64,000 nt of DNA from Bilabrum cf. latius (taxonomy: Eukaryota). Of the stretch, positions 25,353 to 35,669 are shown piece after piece. Position 1 is the stretch's first letter, and each line of letters begins with the position of its first letter. The DNA lies in NCBI GenBank assembly GCA_965178125.1, contig OZ237735.1:682001-746000 (forward strand). The letters run 5' to 3'. A program made the translations under genes and the position numbers. The notes beneath the pieces were generated by a model. The model saw only the letters and a list, made by a program, of their open reading frames with translations. It had not been told where the DNA came from and searched no databases.

Positions 25353-28300
25353 TCACAAGGCCGTGAGGCTCTCCAGGAAGTCTTGGATCGAGTGCTTCAG
25401 CAGCAGCAGATCCGCGAACTCCTGGCGGTGCGTCATCCCGGATCCCACGGGACGTGGTGTACCACCAGCCGCCTGGGGAACTGTACCATCTCCCGCCGAA
25501 TGCTCGTGCTGGCCGGAAGTTGCCTCGGTGGCGATGAGCGTGCTCGCCTTGTCCGTCGTGACGAGCGGCACGGGTTCCCGAGAAGCGCTCCCTGCCCCGG
25601 TCGATGCCGCCAATCCAGATGCACTCATCAGAGGCTCGCTTCGGCTGGCGGGAGCGGGCGCCTGCACGATCCCGTGTTTGACCCCGGCGTTGATCGTCGC
25701 CAGCACGTCCCGCCTCAAGCTGTTGAGGTAGCCACCCTGGAAGTCGTCGGTGCGCATGGCGCTGGTCGGATCAAGGCCCGGGATGGGCCGCCTCCGCTGC
25801 AGACCCGCGGTCAGCCGCCAGCTCTGCATGCACGCGGCGTGCACGGGCATCTGGTCGGCCAGGGCAGCGGCATGCCTCGCTGTTCCCTGGGGGGTCTCCA
25901 GCTCCTCCTCGCCGCCTGGCTCCCCGCCCCCGCCCACGCCGCCATGCGCCCCTCCCTGCCCCCGGCTCCTGCGCATGGCGCTCTGCAGCTGCTGGAACAT
26001 TCCCTTGACTTCCTGGGAGAGGCAGTTGACCCGCGCGTTCGCCATGTCGTCCACTAGGAACGTTCCTTCGGGGCCGGCGAACGGATACTTGCGCAGCGCG
26101 GCCTCTCGAGCAGCGTCGATGACCTGTTCGTTGCCGGTGCCGCTAGAGGAGGAAGGCGGCGGCGAAGACCCGCCAACAGCCGACTCCGGCGGTGCTTGTG
26201 CCCCGGCGGCCGCCTGCACGGCGTCAGCCACTCGGTTCCAGTCCCTCGCGATCGACCGCGTGGTGACTCCCACCAGGGCCGCCGTCCCCGCGGTGAACGG
26301 ACACCTCTGCATGGCAGACCGCAGGATGAAGAGCCTGGGCCGGGGGGCGATGGCATCCAGGAAGCACTCGGCGGTAGCCATGGCCAGGCCTTTCACGGCG
26401 CTGCCGTCGGAGGGACCACCACTGGTGGCTGCCAGCAGTAGGGCCCTCAGGACGAGGCTCTCGGGGACTGCGGGCGGGAGGACGGGCATGGGGGGGGGGG
26501 GGGGGGAGTATGGAAAATATTGGCGGGGTGGGCTTGTGCCGGTGCACTGAAAAATGAATGCATGATATTGTTCTAGCATGCGTTGGCGTACCCGCTCGCG
26601 GAAATATCTCTCCATGCAGAGTGGGCCATGGTCCAACTAGCGGCAAACTATGCGACCAATATTGTTCACGTGCGCTCGCTCTCGCTGTCTCACCGAGCTC
26701 TTCGTCCAGCACATCGGCGTCAGGATCAGCCCCTGTTCCCTGGGCAGCGGCCCTCCGCTCGGCAGTCTGCATTGCAGAGGCCTTGGCGACTGCCAGCACT
26801 GCCGGTTGCACGCTCTCCTGAGGAGCAGCGAGGGACCAACGAGCCGTGGCTGCAATGCCCGCCTGGCTCTGCGCGTGCATAACAAATTGAAAGGGGGGGC
26901 GTTGATTCAAGTAGGTGTGGTCGGGGGCCGGGGCGGTTGCAGACGCATGTGGTGTGGCAGTCGGTGCACTCGAGAGGGAGCCTATAGAGGAGTCGCACGC
27001 GGTGGGGCGATACAATAGTGCGATGCACTTGACTCACCAGCTCGCCTGACTCTTGCAGCAAGCACAGCGCCAGTGGAAGCCACTGCTACCCCACGGCACT
27101 GGGCGGGCTGACGCCAGTCCAAAATCCCGTGCCTGCCACCGCCTCGGCAGTCGTGGTAGCGGAGGGCCGACAGCACCACATGGCCAGCCTGATGTGCCCC
27201 GGCCGGATCTTTGCAAGGCTAGACACCTCCATCCTGGCGCCTGTGGATGCGAGCGCGCTGCACGCCAGCAGCCCAGTCCCTCTCCGGGTGGCGGTAGACT
27301 GATGTCGCGTGGCTTCCCGGGCTCGGATGTAGGGGGCTTCCAGAGCGAAGCTGCCTGGGAGGTCTTTGAGCACCTCAGCTATGGAGCCAGCCCCGCTCGG
27401 CGGCGCGAGGCAAGCACTGCTGTGTGTTCCCAGCCCGCACGCGACGCAGCAGTGCAGCCAGGCCTGGTACAGTGCTAGCACGACTGGCCGGATGGATGCA
27501 TCATCACTAGCAGACTCTTTCTCGTATACTTTCTCTCCAGCAGCGGCTTCTCTTGCTCCCGAGGAGGCGCGCTCGCCAGTCCCGCCAGACAAGCCCGGGT
27601 TGCTCGCGCTCGCCGGCCCATCTGCATCGATTCCCAAGTTTGTCACGGCAAGCAGATCCTCCCGGATGCATGCGTGGCACAGGAACCCCCCGACAGCCAT
27701 GCAAAGAACGGCGACGGCGTGCCGCAGCTTGGCCTGTGAACGTGCTCCGTTGGGCTGAGCAGGTGCTCCGTCGGCTCCGAGTCCTTGCTCGCTCGTGCCT
27801 GTTGTAGACGGCGAAACTCCCAAGCATCGCTGCGTGACCGTGTCAATGAGCTATTTTGACCCGTCTCTAAGCAGATTCGCGGCATCTGCCGCCCTCCCGG
27901 CTGCCAGCTCCTGCGGCGAGCTGCCGGTGCGCTTGCCTTCCGGAAACAAAACCGAGCAGCCCGCAGCTGCGCACTGAATCAGAATAGAAATTGCGTGACA
28001 GATGCGGGTTCTTGCAGCACGTTGCAGGTCGCCGTCTTTGTCTCTGCTGTCGGGGTCCAGCTCCCCATCGTCCATGTCCCCAAGCCGGTCGTGCAGTTGG
28101 TCGACGGCCACGCGCACGTCCGACACCAGCGATACGATCCTGCGCGAATGCCTTTGGCGCAGCAGGCTGCTTGTCATGAGAGCCAATAGAAACAGGCTCT
28201 GCTCGAGTCCAGGGGCTGTTTCTGTCGGTATGCCCGATTCGTACTGATCTGGCGTTTCGTCTGGTGGAACGCCACCGGTGCCCTGCACCGCTTGCAAAGC

Positions 28301-28630
28301 AGCGACGTGCGTTGCACCGGGGTCTTCCATGTCGATGAGCTTCTCCCAAATCGCAAATGCTTTTGACGTGGTCGATGCCTTGGCAGATACCTTCGCAAAG
28401 TAGTCCAGTCCCGTCCATCGCAAACTATCCATGTCGATGGATTCGATGGCCTTCACCTCTACGCCTCCGTCGCCCACCACAGAGTCAATCTGCTGCTTTG
28501 TTTCCTTGCTAATGCCTTCCATGTCGCCTGGTCGCTGATTATGGTGGCTTGTTGCTCGGAAGAAGTCCGCAGATTCCGGATGGATCCACTCTGGGCTTTC
28601 GTTCTTCCCCCAAGGTGATATTAGGCTCAT
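25353..28630 (-). CDS. hypothetical protein; introns 26869-27037 and 26468-26591
   Basis: ORFs 27851 and 27086 are joined by TAG, then two GT...GCAG introns link the frames into ORF 25353-26636. TGA at 25353. Confidence 0.6.
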
Positions 28631-28670
28631 TTTAACGCTGTTGCGATACTCTTCGATTCTCACTCAAGCC

Positions 28671-31389
28671 ATGCCTATCGTAGTGCAAGCCAAGCTGAAT
28701 GGTGGTGAGTGTCGCTGTTGCAGTTTCACCAGATTCAAATACTGTTGCTACCTTTGCGTGCATCTTATCATGCTTTCGAACGATATACGCAGATAAACTT
28801 GTACGAATTCGTTTGGATGATAGTGATACTGGAGATGCTTTGTATCGACAGCTATGTTCCCGGTTGAAGGCGGGCCAGGCACGACTAGACGTGCGAAGGC
28901 AAGATTCTGCCTAGTCCGTTCCAGAAGTTCACACCGGGAGCGACGCTAGTGTCGGGACATTTTTGAGCAGTGGTGACGTCCTTGTAGTTGCGAAGGCTGG
29001 GGATAAGCCGAGCAGTCCGGCTGATGGCGCTGGTGTTGCAGCCCAAAGCCGTCGGCCGGGACAGAAGCAGCCAAACAAGCAAAAACCAAGAACGAGTGAT
29101 AGCGATAGTAGCGATGAGGTCGTGGATTTGTCTGACGAGGACTCTCACGCACCCGCCCCCCCGCGCCCTCGGGCCCGCCCCGCTCGCGCCTCGGCGGCCG
29201 CAGCTCGCGAGACATTCGTTGAGGCCAACAGGGCCATTGACGCGCTGGAGGCCGAGGAGAAAGGGACAGGGAAGAAGGGCTCTAGGAAGCGCGGGAGGCA
29301 GGCGGGCGGTGGCCTGCACGGGGCCGCGGAGCTGCTCCGAGGTGCCCTCCACGCCGAGGGCAGGAGGAACGCCCGGAAGCTCACCGGGGGGGGCAGAGGG
29401 GCGGCGCCGGCGGCCGGGAAGAAACGCGGCCGAGGGAAGGCGGCCACTGGGACATTTGGGGGGGCTGCAAAGGCGGTGTCCTCGTCTCCGTCGCCCGGGA
29501 GTGCCGGCAGTAGCGCGGCCGCGTTGGAGGCGCTTGCTGAAGGGAGGAGGAAGCGCCGGTTGCAGGCACTCCAAGCCAGGTCGCAGCAGCAGGCCGGTTC
29601 TCCAACGAGTGCAGCCGCCGGCAATTCATTGGCCCAACCCTCGTCTTCCTCCAGCGCGAGTCCTGCCAGTGCTGCAGGGCCAGGCCTGAAGACATCGGCA
29701 CAGGCACCCAGTGCCGGCTCAAGGGCCTCTGCTTCTAGCTCCGCACCTTCCTCAGCTGCCGCTGCCCCGCGGCTTCCTCGCCCCTCCGTGTCAGAGGCGC
29801 ACCGCAATGCCCTGCATGACGCCATGCTTCAGGAGGCCGTGCCGTCTGCTGCAGCTGCCATCGAGCGCAGGCACACGGCTGGGGGGGCTGCGGGAAACGC
29901 GACCGAGACGTCACGCCGCGCCTCGGCCTCCCATCGAGCAGCTGTGGCCAGCCTCGTTTCTATGACCAAGAGCTACGTGCAGACGCAGTACGCTATCAAC
30001 GTAGCGAGCGACAGGTATGCAGCTGCCCTCGGCAGGTCCTACGTTGTTGTCCAGGGAGCGTCCTAGTTCGACCTGCGCACTCCAGGCACTGTCTTGCAGG
30101 TGTTCCCAGCCCCTGCCTCGGCGGCATCGGGGGCTAGCCGGCCGGTCGGGGAACAAGTGGCTGGCGGGCGGCAGCTTGGGAGTGGCAGGATGAGGACCGT
30201 GCGGGTCCGGTTCCCGCGGAAGACGTCCGGGCACAGGTGCCGGTGGCTGGAGGACGTGGTTGAGGTCACGCCGCCGGCAGTGGTGGTGCAGGTGCTGGAG
30301 CATGCGCTGGAGCACGACAGCGCCGCGGATCTCAGGCTGTAGCACCTCGCTGAAGTGAGCCCGAGGCTCTTCTGGGGCATCGTTCTCAGCACAACGTGCA
30401 AGGCACAAGATGCCCTGGCCTCCCTGCTGCCCGGCCGGGACGTGAGCTCCGCGGGCCGTCGCGTGGGTCGCCTGTCGGCCAAGGCTCTTGCGAACGCGGA
30501 ACAGGGGTCGCTCCCCCCGGGGCACGAGCGAGCCGCCAAGAGAAGGAGGGTGGATGCAGTCGACCTGGTGTCTGATTCCGGATCCAGCGACGGGGCGAGG
30601 GGGGAAGGAGGGCGCCGCATACACGAAGGAGAGGAGGAGCGGGAGCAGGAACAGGAACATGAACAGGACGGCGTAGTAGACTTGACCGGGCCACCCGTGA
30701 GTGCCCCCATGCAGGGGGCTAGCGGGGAATAGGGCGATTCCAGCCGCGCAGCCCGCGAGATAGATCCCCGCAGATCTGGCGGGGAGGAGCACCCCGATTT
30801 GGAGGAACAGCAGGAACTGCAGGAGGATGTCCAGGGAACAAACCCCGCCCAGAAGGCACTTGGCGATACGGAGAGCACTGCTGCGTGGCTGGCGGCCCTG
30901 GGCCTCCCCGCCAGCGCGGGGTACATGCCGATCCCCGCCACAGTGTCGCGGTCTGTTCCCCAAGGGGACGCGATCGCGAGGGCCCTCATGGACGTGCAGG
31001 GCATGCGAAACGACCTTGCCATGCATGCGGTACTGAGCCAGCTCGTGCTGGAAGAGTCCTGGCCGGAGGGGGACCGGCCCCAAGGCAACGCGGAGGGCTG
31101 GGGGAAAGACTTACGGTGGAAGCCAGTGGCATCTCCAATGGCTGGGTGGACCCTGGAGGCTGTGTGCGACCCAGACCTAGCGAGCATGCTGCGGAGCATG
31201 GGGATAGGCGAGCTTCAGCTGGCCAATGCTTCCAGTCAAGGATTGCTGCGCGCTGCTGCGCAAGGTGGCACCGTCGCGTGCCGCAGTGCAGTGCAGGCGG
31301 CCGTGGCCAAGGACACGACGGACCCCATGGTGGCGCTGGTCGGGTGCTGCGTGGCTCTGCTGGCCCTGCCAGAAGACGATGACGATGAT

Positions 31390-31433
<44 letters not shown>

Positions 31434-31995
31434 AGACATCGCAGAGGTTGCAAAGAGCTCGCAGTCCTCCTCCTCCGGTGCTCTTGCGAGCAGCAGTAGC
31501 AGCAGCATCGACCGCGTGCTTCGCCCCTTGCACCAGTGGATGGGCTCGCAGCGAAGCAAAGACGTGGCCTCGCTCGTCCTCGCGGCGTGTCCCAGGACCG
31601 TGGCACTGGCGCTCGAGGCGGCCGAGACGGTGCAGGAGACGCTGCAGGCCAGGCTGAGCGAGCAGTTCACGAGAGACGCCTGTGCGCTCGCTGCTCGGTC
31701 GCAGCCCGGCGCCGGTGCTACAGTGGAATGCAGCCTTCGGGGGCTGCTGGGGGAGCTATCGCTGGCGGCAGGCGAATCTGCGAGCATGTCATAGGAGCTG
31801 CTGGGCACGGCGGTGGAGGAATCTCTAGGGAAGGTTCCGTCGGCGGGCTCGGCGGCGGCAGCAGCAGGCACGGGGTCTGCGATCGCGGCTGAGCTTCTTC
31901 GGGTCGCAAGGGCGGGGATTGTGGCCATGCCATGGCTGAAGGATTTCTCGTACCAGGACCAGTGGGCTGGGCTCGAATGGCCACAAGAATCTTGA
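28671..31995 (+). CDS. hypothetical protein with possible N-terminal ubiquitin-like domain and an acidic tract; intron 28705-28792
   Basis: Spliced N-terminus MPIVVQAKLNGDKLVRIRLDDSDTGDALYRQL. ORFs 28963, 30094, 30355, 30799 and 31813 share one frame joined by TAG; TGA at 31993-31995. Confidence 0.65.
31375..31437 (+). repeat. (GACGAG)n/(GAT)n coding microsatellite encoding a poly-D/E tract
   Basis: The direct repeat is visible and translates as DDDDDDEDEDEDEDEDEDEED. Confidence 0.9.
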
Positions 31996-32084
31996 TGTGA
32001 TGGACACAAGTTGCATTCATTGGGTAGTCCGCCAGCCGAACACGGCTGGGAGATTCCGAAAACATGACAAAGCCATGCTTCCTG

Positions 32085-32747
32085 TCATGACTTTGAACCA
32101 GCCCCTCCAGTTTCGTCCAGCCCTTCTCGCGCAGCCGTCTACAATGCATCCTGCTCTGTGCAAATCCTCAATATTTCTCTCTTGTTGACCTCTTGCAGAT
32201 CCCCTCCGATAAACACTTCGTCAAGCAAGTAGTACGCCTTGTGGAAGTTAAAAATGATATCAAGTTCGCATACATTCCCGAAATACCTGTCCAGAACCTC
32301 AACAAAGTGATGGATGGCCTCGAGAGCAAGCAGCTCGTTGGCATCGGGATCGATACCCGCGACAAAGTACAGGCTGGCATAACTGCGTGCGTAACGAGAG
32401 CATGCCTAGAGGCAGACTACGTATTGGTGCATGAGCATGACTTGATCAAGGACGTGGGTGGCACGCCACGGTCTCACCGTCGATAAATTACTTTCTGGCC
32501 GCCCCACTCCAAGAAATTACACAGGCGACTGGGTCTTCTCAGCACAATGGTGCTAAGCTCTCGCATGATTCTAGTTTTCTCTTTTTGCTTGTAAGTCTCG
32601 TACCACTTGGTCAGGCGCACTTTGCCTTGCCGCGAGACAAGCAACAGGTAATTCAGCTGCAAAAAGGACGGAAACGAGAGGTTTTGAAACGATTTAAAAT
32701 GCTTAGAAGTCCTTCCCAATGGCGAGCTGCTGCCTTACCATCCCCAT
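32085..32747 (-). CDS. AP1S: AP-1 adaptor complex sigma subunit; introns 32657-32738 and 32383-32477
   Basis: Reads LLVSRQGKVRLTKWY...KVIYRRYASLYF...VEVLDRYFGNVCELDIIFNFHKAYYLLDE. In-frame TAG at 32139-32141 in EQDAL*TAA; TGA at 32085-32087. Confidence 0.92.
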
Positions 32748-33062
32748 GGTGCTATGAATGCGGTCTTGTGTCGCTCGCTGCCGGTAACTTGAAGCCGTGC
32801 TTGTGGCAGTTGCAACCGGCTCGTTGCTCGCCGTAATCGTCCAAATCCAATCAATACACATAAATTGTCATTCACATATTGTCCCTGTCATTAAATAGTC
32901 TTATTCTGCGCCGCTTACTGCTGATCGTGTTGCAGGTTGGCAAGGTTGCCTGTGACAGATATCTCAGAAGAATCAGACCAAGGAAATCTTTGGCATTCGA
33001 ACACTTGACAACACGCTCGAAAATTGTATACTTGGCCGATGCAGCAGTAGACTCGAGCTGCG

Positions 33063-34397
33063 ATGGCGCGACGTAGTACCTATTCGGAGGTGATCGACCT
33101 TGTGAGCGACAGCGGCAGCGATTGTGTGGAGAGCGATGACGATAATAGGAGTCGCGTCGCTGAATTGAGAGCCAAAGAGGCGGGCAGAGATGCTTGGAAT
33201 ACACTTAACCTGCAGCGACATGAGGCGACGGGTTCCCGAGCTGGTTCATCGTCTGTCAGAGGTACACGAGCCTCGTGTGCCTCCAGGTCTTCAAATGTCA
33301 GGGTACCTGTTGAGCGTGGCAGTACTAACTCGTCGAATCAGGTCGAAAGGGCCGGTACGATACCTAGAATATCCAGAGGCAGTGAATCTCGACCAGGCCC
33401 TACATTGGCCGGGAAGAAGCGCAGCAGGGCAGCCGAAGCAGACTCACATGGATCGATGGTATGCACAGGCGAGGCCAAGTCTAGGGCAAGGAAGAGGCGC
33501 CGGAGGCAGGAAAGGGCTGAAATGGATTGGCATGAGTGTGAGGTGTGTGGGAAGGTGCTGAGCTCGATGTGGAGCTTGCGGCAGCACGTGTCCGTGGTGC
33601 ACCTGGGGGAGCGCAAGCACGAGTGCGCAGTGTGCGGCAAGCGCTTCGGGACGGCAGGCAATCTCAAGACACACATGACGGTCGTGCATGTGGGGGAGCG
33701 CAAGCACGAGTGCGCAGTGTGCGGCAAGCGCTTCGGGAAGGCAGGCAGTCTCAAGACACACATGACGGTCGTGCATCTGGGGGAGCGCAAGCACGAGTGC
33801 GCAGTGTGCGGCAAGCGCTTCGGGGAGGCAGGCAGTCTCAAGACACACATGACGGTCGTGCATGTGGGGGAGCGCAAGCACGAGTGCGCAGTGTGCGGCA
33901 AGCGCTTCGGGAAGGCAGGCAATCTCAAGACACACATGACGGTCGTGCATGTGGGGGAGCGCAAGCACGAGTGCGCAGTGTGCGGCAAGCGCTTCGGGGA
34001 GGCAGGCAATCTCAAGACACACATGACGGTCGTGCATCTGGGGGAGCGCAAGCACGAGTGCGCAGTGTGCGGCAAGCGCTTCGGGGAGGCAGGCAGTCTC
34101 AAGACACACATGACGGTCGTACATCTGGGGGAGCGCAAGCACGAGTGCGCAGTGTGCGGCAAGCGCTTCGGGGAGGCAGGCAGTCTCAAGACACACATGA
34201 CGGTCGTGCATCTGGGGGAGCGCAAGCACGAGTGCGCAGTGTGCGGCAAGCGCTTCGGGGAGGCAGGCAATCTCAAGACACACATGACGGTCGTACATCT
34301 GGGGGAGCGCAAGCACGAGTGCGCAGTGTGCGGCAAGCGCTTCGGGAAGGCAGGCAATCTCAAGACGCACGTTACAGCCCTTCACGGCGGCACGTGA
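33063..34397 (+). CDS. C2H2 zinc-finger protein with 10 tandem fingers (444 aa)
   Basis: One divergent finger plus nine near-identical HECAVCGKRFGxAGxLKTHMTVVH fingers with GERK linkers; basic NLS-like segment; TGA stop. Confidence 0.92.
   Translation: MARRSTYSEVIDLVSDSGSDCVESDDDNRSRVAELRAKEAGRDAWNTLNLQRHEATGSRAGSSSVRGTRASCASRSSNVRVPVERGSTNSSNQVERAGTIPRISRGSESRPGPTLAGKKRSRAAEADSHGSMVCTGEAKSRARKRRRRQERAEMDWHECEVCGKVLSSMWSLRQHVSVVHLGERKHECAVCGKRFGTAGNLKTHMTVVHVGERKHECAVCGKRFGKAGSLKTHMTVVHLGERKHECAVCGKRFGEAGSLKTHMTVVHVGERKHECAVCGKRFGKAGNLKTHMTVVHVGERKHECAVCGKRFGEAGNLKTHMTVVHLGERKHECAVCGKRFGEAGSLKTHMTVVHLGERKHECAVCGKRFGEAGSLKTHMTVVHLGERKHECAVCGKRFGEAGNLKTHMTVVHLGERKHECAVCGKRFGKAGNLKTHVTALHGGT
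33600..34372 (+). repeat. 87-bp coding minisatellite (zinc-finger array), about 9 near-identical units
   Basis: The unit CACGAGTGCGCAGTGTGCGGCAAGCGCTTCGGG... recurs every 87 nt. Confidence 0.95.
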
Positions 34398-35042
34398 CAT
34401 GGGATGCGGGCAAAAGGGAACAGGAGTAGGGCAGACTGACGCGATGGGAGGACATGGCAGATTGACTTGAACCTGCCCATGGGCATGTATAGGACAGGAT
34501 GGTGTCGATGTGGTGTGATGCATGGAGCAGCACGCGAGGACCCTAATGCAAGCCGAGGGGGCCCGCAACGACAGGGGCATGCCGAAGACACGTGGAGGTG
34601 TCTTGGATTTGGGATGTATTCTAGACTTCCTTGTTTGTACGGGACCTACGTGAGCTAGTCGACCGGGGTGGCTGACGCCCAGTTGCTCCGCAGGTGTCTA
34701 CAGCCTTGGTTGAAGTTGTGCAAGTTACGCACGTGGACGGCGGGTTCGTCAGCGCTGGGTACACTGCTGCCAATGGTAGGGTCTGATTTGGAAGGTATCG
34801 AGCCAAGCGTGGTGCTGCATGTTGACACAAATCTGAATTCGGATTGGCCGTCGACAAGTCTGGTGGCGGGGCCCCGGGGGCCTCCACTGCACACGAAGCC
34901 GTCAGTAGCTATCGCTGACCTGTGCGGTGATTCATGATATAAAATATATAGGCGGTATTATCTCAAAGGGGTGGGGTGATACAGTTGCAAACATGTCATG
35001 CTTCTACTATCACTGTGCCTAAGCTTGTCTTGCACTCAAATT

Positions 35043-35498
35043 TCAGACTGTCAGCCTCCACCGACCCTTTTGCCGTCGCCTGTTCAGCACCCTCCTGCCC
35101 TCTGCAGTGCGCATCCGCTTCAGGTATCCATGCTTCCTCCTCCTTCTTCGCACATTGGGCTAGTACGTTCGCTTCACCATCTCATATGCCAAACCCTTGC
35201 TTGATTCTTCCACAGTGTTCGGCTTAGAGGGGGATTCACACACGCCATCCTCAACCACAACTACATGGCCTCGCTGGGGTAATCCAACGTGCGAGTCCGT
35301 TTGATGAGCCCATGGGGTAAATACGAGCTAACTTCTTGATTCAGAACCAACACTTTCGAGTTGAGAAGACGAGGGTACCACAATCGGAGGAATCGTCGGC
35401 GTCTAGCTGGTTACACAAGCAGCATGGCACATTCGGCACCCTGCTACGCTCCTCAGTGAAACTTGCATACTGCGAAAAATCGCTTGCCGCAGTGCCAT
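35043..35498 (-). CDS. MRPL34: mitochondrial ribosomal protein bL34m with N-terminal presequence (151 aa); absent from the ORF track
   Basis: C-terminus [44 protein letters not shown] is the L34 signature, with TAG at 35160-35162. N-terminus [20 protein letters not shown] resembles a mitochondrial targeting peptide. TGA at 35043-35045. Confidence 0.92.
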
Positions 35499-35669
35499 TA
35501 CACTATCCACCGATTTTACGCCGAATTTTAGCATAGTTGCACGAAAGGCCAGTCGTGGTAATTGTACCGTACAGTTTCATAAACACAATCTGAATTAACA
35601 CAGACGCACTGCGCACCAGGCAAGCACAGACACACAGACAGGCAGATAGACAGGAATGCTCAGCCCATT

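Noticed and set aside
33600-34372. CRISPR array
   Set aside because: There are no unique spacers; the units are contiguous in-frame zinc-finger coding repeats.
34398-35042. Short ORFs between the zinc-finger and bL34 genes
   Set aside because: No recognisable product even with TAG=Gln; consistent with convergent 3' UTRs.
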